DNA of 64,000 nt from Desulfurococcaceae archaeon. Its GTDB lineage: Archaea; Thermoproteota; Thermoprotei_A; Sulfolobales; Desulfurococcaceae. The stretch spans positions 1 through 64,000 of the forward strand of contig JAWAJB010000004.1 of assembly GCA_038888155.1 (NCBI GenBank), read 5' to 3'. Position numbers and translations under genes: made by a program. Of the stretch, positions 1 through 10,920 are shown in pieces. The notes under the pieces are model-generated. The model had not been told where the DNA came from. It ran no database searches and worked only from the letters and a program-made list of their open reading frames with translations. How positions within the stretch are numbered: the first letter of the stretch is position 1; every line of letters begins with the position of its first letter.

Positions 1-90
1 GTCTGTGGATTACTTAGGTTGATGCCGCTTGATCAAAATTATTGTAGCTTGAATTTAATGCCAGATCTATCGGGAACGCCATGGGCGCGT
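1..90 (-). other. Probable 16S rRNA intron (5' part; continues beyond the window edge)
   Basis: After ...GUCGCCAG the expected CUCGUG is absent. It is replaced by ACGCGCCC and then AT-rich non-rRNA sequence. The junction fits half of a BHB motif (helix CGCC, bulge AG^A, inner helix CGCGCCC). Confidence 0.7.
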
Positions 91-1119
<1,029 letters not shown>

Positions 1120-1254
1120 ACGGCCGCGGGGCGGCCCGAGGGTTTTTAGGGCTGAATTAACCGAGCCTACCCCCGTCGGATCCGAGGCCAGAGAGGTAGA
1201 ACCTCCCCGCTTCTCGGGTCCCCATTTTGTAAGTGTCCGGAAATCTATTTCTAT

Positions 1255-1276
1255 TAGAGGGGTTTAAATACTTTAT
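1255..1276 (-). promoter_or_regulatory. rRNA operon promoter (BRE/TATA)
   Basis: The minus strand reads AAAGTATTTAAACCC, ~145 nt upstream of the 16S 5' end, and is followed by a GC-rich pre-rRNA leader. Confidence 0.7.
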
Positions 1277-1284
1277 GTCTATGT

Positions 1285-1405
1285 AAAACCGCGTGCCTTG
1301 TGGGATTGACCGTAGACACTTTGTACCCGCGGCAGGAGGCCGACTTTTCACTCACCGGGCTATGCCCGGCGTCTAAGCGACGCCGCCGCCGGGTTGCCGC
1401 GGGCT
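1285..1405 (-). ncRNA. Candidate structured ncRNA, H/ACA-like
   Basis: A 10-bp stem GCCCGCGGCA/UGCCGCGGGU is followed directly by ACA. It has an internal loop and branched apical stems, a TATA-like AAAGGCTAAAAG ~25 nt upstream, and a U-tract at the 3' end. Confidence 0.55.
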
Positions 1406-1526
1406 GTATATATTATTTGCACTGAGTGCTTTTAGCCTTTGCTTGCCTGAAAGCACTAGAGTCTCCAATGGCTAAATTATTGTGGGGAGTAAGTGGGATA
1501 AATGTAGGAAGTAAAATAAGAGATCG

Positions 1527-2267
1527 CTACGAACTAGTCACTATCTCAATAAATTCTGCAACGCCTTCGCCACTGGGCTTAGATAAAACTATAGAAACCC
1601 TTCGCTTTAGCTCCTCGTCTGCGTTGGAAACAGCTGCGGAAATGCCTATTGCGCCAAGGAAAGGTATATCCATCGTGCTGTCTCCTACGCCTGCGGCCTC
1701 GTCTGGTTCTATGCCAAGCCTCGATAGAACATATAGAACTGCGCCTTTTTTGTCTACATCTGCCGGCTTTACGTGCAGGGCGTATCCGCTATAATCAACT
1801 GTGAAGCCTGGATACTTTTCCTCTACATACTTCTTGAGGGTAGCCCAAATTTCCATTGCCCTACCTCGGTAGCCCTCTCGAGGCCTTAGCGCATACTCGT
1901 ACAGCCTGAAATAATTCTGCCAGCTGCTCTCTACGTAATCCCCAAAGACCTTGATAACATCTACAAATGGCTCCCTCGCTGACCTGCGCGCTAGCTCTAC
2001 TAACCCCCAATCGTCATGTAATATGAGGCAACCCGACTCGCCTATTGCTGGGCCATTTAAACCTATGTACCTTGATAGCCCTGCTACTACCGGTAAAGCG
2101 CTACTAGAGACAAGCGAAACAATTAAGCCTTTTCTAACAGCCTGCCTTACGGCATGCAACGCTGATACGCTCAGCTCGTACCCGCTTCTATTAACAGTTA
2201 GCGTTCCATCAATATCTAAGAACAGCGCTTTGACCTTTTTGTTCACAGTAAACACCAAGGGAATCAT
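1527..2267 (-). CDS. HAD-superfamily phosphatase (phosphoglycolate phosphatase, TA0175/Cof type)
   Basis: Motifs DIDGTLT, DKKGA and GDSTMDIPF. Confidence 0.88.
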   Translation of the reverse strand: MIPLVFTVNKKVKALFLDIDGTLTVNRSGYELSVSALHAVRQAVRKGLIVSLVSSSALPVVAGLSRYIGLNGPAIGESGCLILHDDWGLVELARRSAREPFVDVIKVFGDYVESSWQNYFRLYEYALRPREGYRGRAMEIWATLKKYVEEKYPGFTVDYSGYALHVKPADVDKKGAVLYVLSRLGIEPDEAAGVGDSTMDIPFLGAIGISAAVSNADEELKRRVSIVLSKPSGEGVAEFIEIVTSS

Positions 2268-2416
2268 TGACCTTGAAGATTATAAAGTCCACACGTGAGT
2301 CCCCGCTCTAAAGCAGCTCATTCTGTTGTCCATAAATGTGGGATTTTAAGCTATATTTATGCAACATGCTAAAATATAAAATCTCAACTCTACTTTAAAA
2401 TGGTTGAGGTGCTTAA

Positions 2417-3514
2417 ATGTCTGACTACATGAAGTTCGCCTTCATGTGCCAAGAGAGCAAGAGAAATGCAAGCGGAAGAGTAGCTGTAATAGGTGCAGGC
2501 CCAGCTGGGCTGTCGGCAACAGGATACCTCGTGTGTGAAGGCTATACTGTTGACATATACGACAAGCTACCCCTACCGGGGGGGTTGATGACCTTTGCTA
2601 TCCCCCCTTGGAGGATTCAACCCGAGAGAGTTCTAAGCGGGACTAGAGAGTTGGAGGAAAAATTCGGGGTAAAATACCTTCTTAAAACAAAGGTATTCTC
2701 CGGAGATCCGCTCCACGAGGAGGGGGACGACTTCGTTGAGAGAAATGTACACCTAGAGGATCTGCTCAACAGCTATGATCTCTTAATAGTAGCTACTGGG
2801 ACGTGGTCGTCTAAAATACCGAAGATGCCTGGCGCAGATTCCAAAGGAGTCCTAAGCGCTCTCGAGTACCTCTACGCGTGGAGAATTTACGAATATGGAT
2901 TTACCAGCAAGAAGCCTCACGCAAGCAAGAAGGCAATAGTAGTGGGAGCAGGGTTCAGTGCTGTAGATGCTGCCGAAAGGGCTCAGCGGAGCGGAGCAGA
3001 GGTGCACGTAGTTTACAGGAGAACAGTAAAGGAGGCCCCCGCGGGGATGTATGAAATAGAGAGACTTAGAAGGGAGGGAATAACGTTCATAGAGCTAGCA
3101 TCGCCTCTAGAAATAATTGCAGAGAACGACCACGTAAGCGCCGTTAAGTTCCAAAAAATGAAGTTGGGCCCAGCAGATGAAACTGGGAGACCGAGGCCAG
3201 TGCCCATACCTGGAGAGGAGTTCACAATTGAGGCGGACACAGTCATCTTCGCTACAGGTGAAACTCCCACGCCGCCGCTAGCCGGCGAGATATCTGAAAA
3301 GTTGGGCATTAAGCTGAACAGGGATGGAACAATAGCCGTGAACAACTTAATGCAGACTAGCGTAACTAAGCTATTTGCAGCTGGCGACGTATCCACGGGC
3401 CCGAGCAAAATTGGTCCCGCAATTAGAAGCGGTCTTAAAGCCGCTAGATCAATGCATCGTTGGTTCTACGCTAAAATAGGTAAACCCATTACAAGCACAA
3501 AGGTGATCTCATGA
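2417..3514 (+). CDS. GltD/SudA-like FAD/NAD(P)H-dependent oxidoreductase lacking the N-terminal Fe-S domain
   Basis: GAGPAG and GAGFSAVD Rossmann motifs, GGLMTFAIP, VYRR and FAAGD. Confidence 0.88.
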   Translation: MSDYMKFAFMCQESKRNASGRVAVIGAGPAGLSATGYLVCEGYTVDIYDKLPLPGGLMTFAIPPWRIQPERVLSGTRELEEKFGVKYLLKTKVFSGDPLHEEGDDFVERNVHLEDLLNSYDLLIVATGTWSSKIPKMPGADSKGVLSALEYLYAWRIYEYGFTSKKPHASKKAIVVGAGFSAVDAAERAQRSGAEVHVVYRRTVKEAPAGMYEIERLRREGITFIELASPLEIIAENDHVSAVKFQKMKLGPADETGRPRPVPIPGEEFTIEADTVIFATGETPTPPLAGEISEKLGIKLNRDGTIAVNNLMQTSVTKLFAAGDVSTGPSKIGPAIRSGLKAARSMHRWFYAKIGKPITSTKVIS

Positions 3515-4008
3515 ACGACCCAGCTGTAAGGTATATGCGGGTAATAGACTTAGGTAAGTGTATAGGATGTGGAGCGTGTGAAGCTGTCTGCGAATTTCTG
3601 CACGAGAGAGCAAACATAGTTGTATATAAAACAGCAGTAGGGCTTGAGATACCTGTCTCGTGTATGCACTGCGCCAAAGCTCCTTGTATTGAGGCATGTC
3701 CAACGGGCGCCATGACGAGGGATTCGTCTGGTGCAGTGTACGTTATTGAAAGCAGGTGTATAGGATGCCTAGCGTGCCTGTACGCGTGCCCATTTGGAAT
3801 ACCAGAGCTCGACAGGGCGAGTAAAACCGCTATAAAGTGCCACCTGTGCATGGACCTCAGGAAAGAAGGATTAGAGCCGGCCTGTAGCGCTATATGCCCA
3901 GCGCAGGCCATACTCTACGGAGAGGACATTGCAGTGTTTCAGGTAGCTAAGAAGAGGACAGCAGAAAGTATGGCCAAGGCAAGGTTTGAATACGAATTTC
4001 ACCGGTAG
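3511..4008 (+). CDS. 4x[4Fe-4S] electron-transfer subunit (HycB/FdhB-like)
   Basis: CIGCGACEAVC, CMHCAKAPCIEACP, CIGCLACLYACP and KCHLC...ACSAICP. Confidence 0.9.
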   Translation: MNDPAVRYMRVIDLGKCIGCGACEAVCEFLHERANIVVYKTAVGLEIPVSCMHCAKAPCIEACPTGAMTRDSSGAVYVIESRCIGCLACLYACPFGIPELDRASKTAIKCHLCMDLRKEGLEPACSAICPAQAILYGEDIAVFQVAKKRTAESMAKARFEYEFHR

Positions 4009-4020
4009 CGGGTATGGATA

Positions 4021-5526
4021 ATGAACGAACTACTTTTTTCGATGCCTATAGCGACATTAGCTTTACTGGTTGCCTCCCATCGCACGCCTAGGTTTAAGTA
4101 TAAAGCTCTAATTAAGCTTTCAGGCTACACTGTTTTTTCCTTGTTCATTGCACTTCTCTACTTCCTGGAGAGAATTGATGATTTCTCGCTGGTTCTGGGG
4201 ATATCCTTCATTCCTATATCACTTCTAGTCTCTCTATACACAATTCCTTACATGGAGAAAAACAAATACCCACCTAGGCTAGAAATAGCCATGGATTTGT
4301 TCTTGTCATCTATAATCTTTGCTTATGTTGCCCCCAGCTTTTTACTCATGGTAATAGCCTGGACTGCAGGCGAAATAGTGGGCTACGTGTTGATACGGCT
4401 GGGAGAGGAGCACTCGGTTGAGGGCTCTCTTACTTCATCTAGGGGGTTTATCTTCACGTCAACATTTACTTATGAGATATCGGTGTTCACCCTAATTACC
4501 TTAAGCATTATATTCACTACTACGAGCATAGGATTAAGCGAATTGATGAAGCCATTCACGTATCCTACATCAATAGCGATAATACCTGCAGTTATCATAC
4601 CACCCCTCATAGTTGGCTTCGTGACTAAAACAGCTAACATACCGCTCCACTTCTGGCTACCAAGCGCTCACTCGAGCGCGCCATCACCTGCGTCAGCGAC
4701 TCTGAGCGGTTTAATGGTCTCTCTTGGGTACTACGGGCTCTACAGGCTGGTTAATTTAATAGAGGTAGATCCCTACAGGGTCTACATAACCTGGTTCTTC
4801 ATCTTAATAGGGTTTCTTTCAATACTTTATGGAGGCCTTCAAGCCCTATCGGAGAGAGATGTTAAGAAGTTGCTTGCTTATTCAACTATAGCCACTAATG
4901 GATTCGTTAGCGCTGTATTTGGCCTTTACGTTCTGCAACCGTTGACAATAAACAAGTGGATATTGGCTATTAGCATACTTATGCACGCCGCTTATAAGAC
5001 AACGCTATTTTGTGAAGCAGGATTAGTTGAGATTGCACATGGCACGAGGTATATACACGGAGTTAGAGGGTTCATAAGAATAAGCCCTATCTCGTCTATT
5101 GGGAGCATTGCTGCTATTCTATCGCTACTAGGGGTGCCCGGCACAATTGGCTTTATAGCTAAGATCTTAGCTATATATAGTTCAATAAACGCTGGAGAGG
5201 TAGACCTGCTAATAACCACTGTTTCGCTGCTATCAATACTCTCCTACATTATCATTTCTGCCCTAATAGGATTGAAGTACATAAGGATACACTACAGCGA
5301 TTTCTCGCCTAAGGTAGAGGTGCTAGTATCTAATTTAGAGAGGGAAATACAGGCTCCAGTACTAGCGCTGGGATTACTCAATACGCTACTCAGCTTTATA
5401 GTCCTCGCGATTGGCGCCTATATCTACAGCTACATAATTGCGTTAATAACTCCTCTATCTGTCCTCATAACATATATAGCCTACACGAACTTAAGGGTCC
5501 AGAGCAGGGTTTGGGAGCATGGTTGA
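4021..5526 (+). CDS. Antiporter-like membrane subunit of group 4 hydrogenase (HyfB/NuoL/MrpA family)
   Basis: KTANIPLHFWLPSAHSSAPSPASATLSG and KKLLAYST; polytopic hydrophobic protein. Confidence 0.88.
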   Translation: MNELLFSMPIATLALLVASHRTPRFKYKALIKLSGYTVFSLFIALLYFLERIDDFSLVLGISFIPISLLVSLYTIPYMEKNKYPPRLEIAMDLFLSSIIFAYVAPSFLLMVIAWTAGEIVGYVLIRLGEEHSVEGSLTSSRGFIFTSTFTYEISVFTLITLSIIFTTTSIGLSELMKPFTYPTSIAIIPAVIIPPLIVGFVTKTANIPLHFWLPSAHSSAPSPASATLSGLMVSLGYYGLYRLVNLIEVDPYRVYITWFFILIGFLSILYGGLQALSERDVKKLLAYSTIATNGFVSAVFGLYVLQPLTINKWILAISILMHAAYKTTLFCEAGLVEIAHGTRYIHGVRGFIRISPISSIGSIAAILSLLGVPGTIGFIAKILAIYSSINAGEVDLLITTVSLLSILSYIIISALIGLKYIRIHYSDFSPKVEVLVSNLEREIQAPVLALGLLNTLLSFIVLAIGAYIYSYIIALITPLSVLITYIAYTNLRVQSRVWEHG

Positions 5527-7105
5527 TTACATTACATTAAAAATAATCTACTCAATATTGACATTGGCTATTGTGACTTTTGCATCTATATTGACAGACA
5601 GGTATCCAAGAGCTAGTAGAGCTATGAGAGTAGCGGGGTTCCTTGTTGTACCCTCTCTATTCATACTGTTAGGATTGGTGGAGCTACAGGGTTACCAAAT
5701 AGTGCTCACTTTATTAACTTCTGGCGTTGCAATAGGAATAAGCCTACATAATGAAGGTTACTACAGAGTAATATACGGGCTCGCGAGGTACTCTCAAATA
5801 ATAGTCGACACTATTTTAGCGTCTTTAATACTGCTGTTCTCCAGCACATTTCTCATTGAGCTTATCGTATATTGGTTCTTCATAGACATCACCGTGGCGT
5901 TCATCGCAATAACAATGGAACACGGCTCCGAGAACCTTCCAGTTGCCTCAACTTACATAGCCATGTGCATCGCCCCAAGCGATATCGCTCTACTGACTAT
6001 GTGGGCAATATTAGCTGGAGAGTTGGGCCTCTACAATTCGCTTCTTTTCCCACTTAACAAAGTAGCTTTGCAACCGTTGAGCTTGAACCCAGTAATATCA
6101 ACGATTATTCTCTTTGGCTTCGCTGTAAAACTAGGCCAGTTCCCGCTACACTCTTGGCTCCCCATAGTCCACGGCAAGGCTCCTAGCCACATATCGGCAA
6201 TATTAAGCGGTATAATCATCAAAATGGGAGCTTACGCCTTTTTAACGGCTCGCCAAATTTTCGCGTTTAATCCGATGGCGCTTTACATTATACTAGCACA
6301 GGGCATAATATCCACTATTTACGGTTCATTTGGGGCAGTGCTTCAGTCCCACATCAAGTGGATCCTCGCTTACAGCTCTGTCAGCTATGGAGGTGTTATT
6401 ACAACGCTATACGCTATAATGATGATACTAGAAGGATCTGCCCCGCTATACGCGTCAAGCGCTACTCACATCAACACGATAGGGTTACTAAATGCGCTGA
6501 TACTCATGGTTATCGTGTTCCACGCGCTGACTAAATCGCTTGCTTTTGTGAACTCTGGAATGGTGTATCAGCTTACAAACACCTACGACGTCTTTAAGCT
6601 CGGTTACTTATTTTACGTGTCGAGGGAGTCGAGCCTATCTGCATTCACTGTACTACTCAGCCTCACGGGCATACCTCCATCTGTTGGCTTCGTAGTAAAA
6701 ATTCTGCTAATATCTACAAGCCTATTAGTAGCCCAAGTAAACCTGCTGGGCCTCGTCCTAGCCATAGCGTTCATTCTATCCACTCTACTTTCAATTATCT
6801 ACGGGGCAAAGTACATGGGGGTCTACATCTCGACTCTGCCTAGAGTTCACCCTAGGACTGTTATAATACCAAAAGTAGAGTTGTACTCTGAAACTTACCT
6901 TAGCGTAGTATCGATTACAGTTCCTATGGCGTTCATATTATATCTCACGTTATTCCAGCAACAACCCGGCAACCTCGTAGGCATCATTGCAACACCTATA
7001 TACATAATTGCGCTTATGTTCTACGTTTATTCCTTCCTGCAAATATACAGCAAGAAGAGCGCAGAAGAGGACGTAAAGTACTGGCTTTCGGGTGTAGACT
7101 CTTGA
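5519..7105 (+). CDS. Second antiporter-like membrane subunit (HyfB/NuoM/MrpD family)
   Basis: KLGQFPLHSWLPIVHGKAPSHISAILSG, LAYSS, HALTKS and GIPP. Confidence 0.88.
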   Translation: MVDYITLKIIYSILTLAIVTFASILTDRYPRASRAMRVAGFLVVPSLFILLGLVELQGYQIVLTLLTSGVAIGISLHNEGYYRVIYGLARYSQIIVDTILASLILLFSSTFLIELIVYWFFIDITVAFIAITMEHGSENLPVASTYIAMCIAPSDIALLTMWAILAGELGLYNSLLFPLNKVALQPLSLNPVISTIILFGFAVKLGQFPLHSWLPIVHGKAPSHISAILSGIIIKMGAYAFLTARQIFAFNPMALYIILAQGIISTIYGSFGAVLQSHIKWILAYSSVSYGGVITTLYAIMMILEGSAPLYASSATHINTIGLLNALILMVIVFHALTKSLAFVNSGMVYQLTNTYDVFKLGYLFYVSRESSLSAFTVLLSLTGIPPSVGFVVKILLISTSLLVAQVNLLGLVLAIAFILSTLLSIIYGAKYMGVYISTLPRVHPRTVIIPKVELYSETYLSVVSITVPMAFILYLTLFQQQPGNLVGIIATPIYIIALMFYVYSFLQIYSKKSAEEDVKYWLSGVDS

Positions 7106-7386
7106 GCTACACAAAATCAAGTGCCCTCAGGTGGTTTGAAAGCATACTGGAGAACGCGAGGAGAAGAGCTCGCGTTACAACGGGCAGGATAACGCTTGGA
7201 AAAGTGCTTGAAAGCATGGTGAGGCTCGGCGATGTGGTTTTCCCCAAGCTAATGCACACGGCAGAGAGAGCCGCTTACGTAATAGGGAAGCTACAAGTTA
7301 CAATGATAGAGTCCATGATAACAGCTTCAATACTATACGGAATCTTGTTGTTAACCTTAGTCATGCTTGTAGTGGCGATGAGGTGA
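7102..7386 (+). CDS. Small membrane protein in the hydrogenase operon
   Basis: Overlaps the upstream stop (TTGA coupling) and has a C-terminal hydrophobic helix. Confidence 0.6.
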   Translation: MSYTKSSALRWFESILENARRRARVTTGRITLGKVLESMVRLGDVVFPKLMHTAERAAYVIGKLQVTMIESMITASILYGILLLTLVMLVVAMR

Positions 7387-7393
7387 ACTTAGC

Positions 7394-8293
7394 TTGGAAT
7401 TAATTCTCTTGTATGTTTTCTCAGCTGTAGCTACGCTAACAGGCGCTCTAATGCCAATTCTCCTAGACGGCGTTGAGCGCAAATTGAAAGCTGTAATACA
7501 GAGCAGAATAGGCCCCCCTATAACTCAAACTTTTTACGATATAGTGAAGCTTGCGGCAAAGGAGCACAAGTCAATGCACACAAAACCCTTTATTACAGTA
7601 TATTTCTCATCATACCTGCTCTGCATAGTAACATCAATGCTCTTAGCTACAATATACGCTATATTGCAGGACTTTGTAATATTAGCTCTAGCTTTGGCCT
7701 TTCTCGCCGTCTCGCTAGCTGCGCTAACAATAGTGCCTCTACTTGTTCCAAATCCTTTCAGCTATATTGGGGGAATGAGAGAAGTAGTGCTCGCGCTAAT
7801 AAACGAGTCTTCATTTATAGTCTCTATCCTAGTTTACACAACAGCGCTAAGAACAGTAAATAGCCAGCTTGTTAATCCGTTGTGGAGCATAATTACGTTG
7901 TTCCCTGTTACTACAGCTATGCTTATATCGGGGTACGCACTGACTGGTAGAGCCCCGTTTGATATATCAGAAGCAGAGCCTGAGCTGGCCTCTGGCACGC
8001 TTATAGAGTTCAGCGGCTACCTCCTCGCTCTCTACATTTACTCGAGCTTGCTGAAAAAGTTCTCCGCAAAGCTGTTTATAGCAGTTCTAATTACGTCTAG
8101 CGTAATCGACGGGGGGATCCCAGGGCTTATTACAGCTTATGCGCTAACACTCGTTATTTGGATTGCGTTCTCGGTTATATCTAGCACACTAGGACGATCT
8201 AGGGTTGACTTAGCACCTAGAGCTCTTACAAAGGTATATATAGCGCTTTTAGCTATATCTATAACAGGGTTATTGGTGTTTGCTTATGTCTAA
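7394..8293 (+). CDS. Hydrogenase membrane subunit (HycD/NuoH family)
   Basis: GVERKLKAVIQSRIGPP and RAPFDISEAEPELASG...EFSG. Confidence 0.92.
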   Translation: MELILLYVFSAVATLTGALMPILLDGVERKLKAVIQSRIGPPITQTFYDIVKLAAKEHKSMHTKPFITVYFSSYLLCIVTSMLLATIYAILQDFVILALALAFLAVSLAALTIVPLLVPNPFSYIGGMREVVLALINESSFIVSILVYTTALRTVNSQLVNPLWSIITLFPVTTAMLISGYALTGRAPFDISEAEPELASGTLIEFSGYLLALYIYSSLLKKFSAKLFIAVLITSSVIDGGIPGLITAYALTLVIWIAFSVISSTLGRSRVDLAPRALTKVYIALLAISITGLLVFAYV

Positions 8294-9911
8294 CAAGATC
8301 GATCCAATTGATAGCTACTCTTCTCTAATTAAAATGCATGGAGGAGCTATGCTGGTAGAGGACAATACTTTGCAAATCATTATACCAAAAGACAAGCTAC
8401 GTGATTTAGCCTCAGAGCTTTTCATCAAGCGGGGATGTGACTTCAGGACTTGCGTAGGAATTGATGAAGGCCCTATAAATGGACACCTTTCGTTAACTCA
8501 CATATTCACAGATAACAAACAAGGTTTGTACATAGCTGTAAAGGCTTACACCGAAACTACGAACCCTATTATGCCAAGCATTGCTGATGTGGTACCGGCT
8601 GCTGACTGGTGCGAGATGGAGGCAAGGGACTTACTAGGTATAGAGTTCGCTGGGAAAACATCGAGGAGATTTGTCCTGCCGCCGGGGTGGCCCGAGGGAG
8701 TTTACCCCCTTAGAAAGGACTTTTCATATAATTATAGGCCCGAGATAAGACCGGCTAGTGAGAGGATTGGAACAGGCGAGACAGGCGTACTGCCAATAGG
8801 GCCGTACCATCCAGCCCTCCACGAACCTGAATTTTTTGAGCTGTACGTAGAGGGTGAACGGGTAGTAGATGTAAAGTATAGGGGGTTCCACGTCCACAGA
8901 GGCATAGAAAAGCTAGCTGAGTCAAGGATGAATTACCAGCAAGTTAACTTTCTCGCAGAGAGAATTTGCGGGATTTGCGGTTTTGAACACAGCACATGCT
9001 ACGCCCTCGCTGTAGAGAAGGCTGCAGGTCTAGATGTGCCAGAGAGAGCTCAGTATATAAGAAGCATAGTGCTTGAAGTAGAGAGGCTTCATAGCCACCT
9101 GCTATGGCTTGGTGTAGCGTTCCACGTAGTTGGCTACGACACTGGCTTTATGCACATGTGGCGCATAAGAGAGGGAATAATGTACCTCTCCGAGCTTTTA
9201 ACCGGGAGCAGGAAAACTTACGGCATAAACCTAGTAGGCGGTGTTCGCAAAGATATAAGCGAAGAGAAGAAAGATAAAGTGCTTAAATCTCTAGGGGAGC
9301 TCTTAGGGGAGTTCAAAAAATTCACTGAAATTGCGTTGAGTGTACCGCAAGTTAGGAAAAGATTAACTGGAACTGGCGTGCTACCTAGAGAGGACGCAGT
9401 AAAGCTCTCGGTAGAGGGGCCTGTGGCGAGGGCATCGGGTATAAACAAGGACGCTAGGCGCGATCTCCCTTACGCTGCATATAAAAATGCTTCATTTAAT
9501 GTACCCGTCTACACTGAAGGGGATAACTTAGCTAGAGCTCTTGTCAGAGTAGATGAAGTATATGAATCAATGTCAATTATAGAACAGCTGCTAGACAGAA
9601 TGCCTCAGGGTCCTATTCGCCTAGAAGACTTCGAGATCCCAGAGGGAAGAGTTGGGATCCAAGTAGTTGAAGCTCCTAGAGGAGGCGATATTCACTTCGT
9701 TTTAACTGGAAGAGGTAGGCCGTATAGATGGAGAGTTCGGGCGCCTACATACAATAATATACCGGCATTGGGGGTTATGCTTAAAGATCAACCTCTAGCA
9801 GATGCCCCGTTAACAGTGGCGAGCATAGACCCATGCTTTTCCTGCACGGATAGAATAGCTGTTGTAAGGGGCAATGGTAGAATCGAGTACTTATCAATTA
9901 TGAGGCGTTAA
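8286..9911 (+). CDS. Group 4 [NiFe]-hydrogenase large subunit (HycE-like, NuoC/D fusion)
   Basis: Intact Ni-ligand motifs ERICGIC and DPCFSCTDR, plus a C-terminal extension; also GPYHP and EAPRG. Confidence 0.93.
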   Translation: MSNKIDPIDSYSSLIKMHGGAMLVEDNTLQIIIPKDKLRDLASELFIKRGCDFRTCVGIDEGPINGHLSLTHIFTDNKQGLYIAVKAYTETTNPIMPSIADVVPAADWCEMEARDLLGIEFAGKTSRRFVLPPGWPEGVYPLRKDFSYNYRPEIRPASERIGTGETGVLPIGPYHPALHEPEFFELYVEGERVVDVKYRGFHVHRGIEKLAESRMNYQQVNFLAERICGICGFEHSTCYALAVEKAAGLDVPERAQYIRSIVLEVERLHSHLLWLGVAFHVVGYDTGFMHMWRIREGIMYLSELLTGSRKTYGINLVGGVRKDISEEKKDKVLKSLGELLGEFKKFTEIALSVPQVRKRLTGTGVLPREDAVKLSVEGPVARASGINKDARRDLPYAAYKNASFNVPVYTEGDNLARALVRVDEVYESMSIIEQLLDRMPQGPIRLEDFEIPEGRVGIQVVEAPRGGDIHFVLTGRGRPYRWRVRAPTYNNIPALGVMLKDQPLADAPLTVASIDPCFSCTDRIAVVRGNGRIEYLSIMRR

Positions 9912-9917
9912 TTCACC

Positions 9918-10448
9918 ATGAGCAAGAGCAAACTAAATCCATTTAAACCAGTTGAGCTGTTAGCGATAGCCAGTAAAGCTGGACGGGTAACAGTAAAGTA
10001 CCCACTTGAAGAACCAATCGTGTCTCCTGAGTTTAGGGGAGCTGTCAAAATAAATTCTGAGAAATGTATAGGATGCGGTGCATGTGTAAATGCTTGCCCG
10101 CCAAATGCCCTTGAAATGCTTGAGACTCCAGAGAAAAAGGTTCTCAGGTACTACATTGGCAGGTGTATTTTCTGCTGGAGATGTGTAGACGTGTGTCCAG
10201 TTTCAGCCATTGACGGAACAAAGGAGTTCGAGTTAGCTACTGGGGATCAGCTAGATCTTTACGCCCACGTAGTGCACAGTAGGGTATCGTGCGAGGAGTG
10301 CAACACAAGTAGCGAAACAGTAAGGATGAAGAAGTACGTAGTGGAGAAAGCACCTATATCTGAGAACTACGCAGATAAGTGCCCAAGTTGTAGGAAAAAG
10401 TCGATCATAGAGGCAGCTTGCCTAAGGAAGGCTGGTTTTCATGAGTAA
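9918..10448 (+). CDS. HycF/NuoI-like Fe-S subunit
   Basis: TVKYP...FRG, CIGCGACVNACP and CIFCWRCVDVCP. Confidence 0.9.
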   Translation: MSKSKLNPFKPVELLAIASKAGRVTVKYPLEEPIVSPEFRGAVKINSEKCIGCGACVNACPPNALEMLETPEKKVLRYYIGRCIFCWRCVDVCPVSAIDGTKEFELATGDQLDLYAHVVHSRVSCEECNTSSETVRMKKYVVEKAPISENYADKCPSCRKKSIIEAACLRKAGFHE

Positions 10449-10920
10449 TAAAATGGATTCAATTAAAAGAAGCATATGGGTGTTCCACTTAAATACTGGA
10501 AGCTGCAATGCCTGCGACATTGAGATACTGGATGCTTTAACTCCATTCCATGACGCAGAGAGGTTTGGAGTTAAGTTGGTTGGATCGCCAAGACACGCCG
10601 ATGTTATATTGTTAACAGGCCCGATTACGCTGGAGGCACTACCCAAAGTAATAAATGCGATTGAAGCTACCCCTAGACCTAGAATTATTGTAGCCCTAGG
10701 ATCATGCGGAGTTGGAGGCGGCATATGGCATGACACATATTCAACTATTGGCGGTGCTAACTCTCTGTTGAAGATATTAAAGGAGCGCGGAGTGGAAGTT
10801 GACGCTGTTTACTACGTTCCTGGATGCCCAATAAGGCCAGAAGCTCTTTTGTACGCTGTTGCGCTAATTAAAGGTATTGCTCAGAAAAAAGTTAAACCCG
10901 AGGTGGCTACAGCTGAGTAG
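10441..10920 (+). CDS. Group 4 hydrogenase small subunit (HycG/NuoB-like)
   Basis: GSCNACDIE, SPRHAD, GSC and PGCP. Confidence 0.93.
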   Translation: MSNKMDSIKRSIWVFHLNTGSCNACDIEILDALTPFHDAERFGVKLVGSPRHADVILLTGPITLEALPKVINAIEATPRPRIIVALGSCGVGGGIWHDTYSTIGGANSLLKILKERGVEVDAVYYVPGCPIRPEALLYAVALIKGIAQKKVKPEVATAE

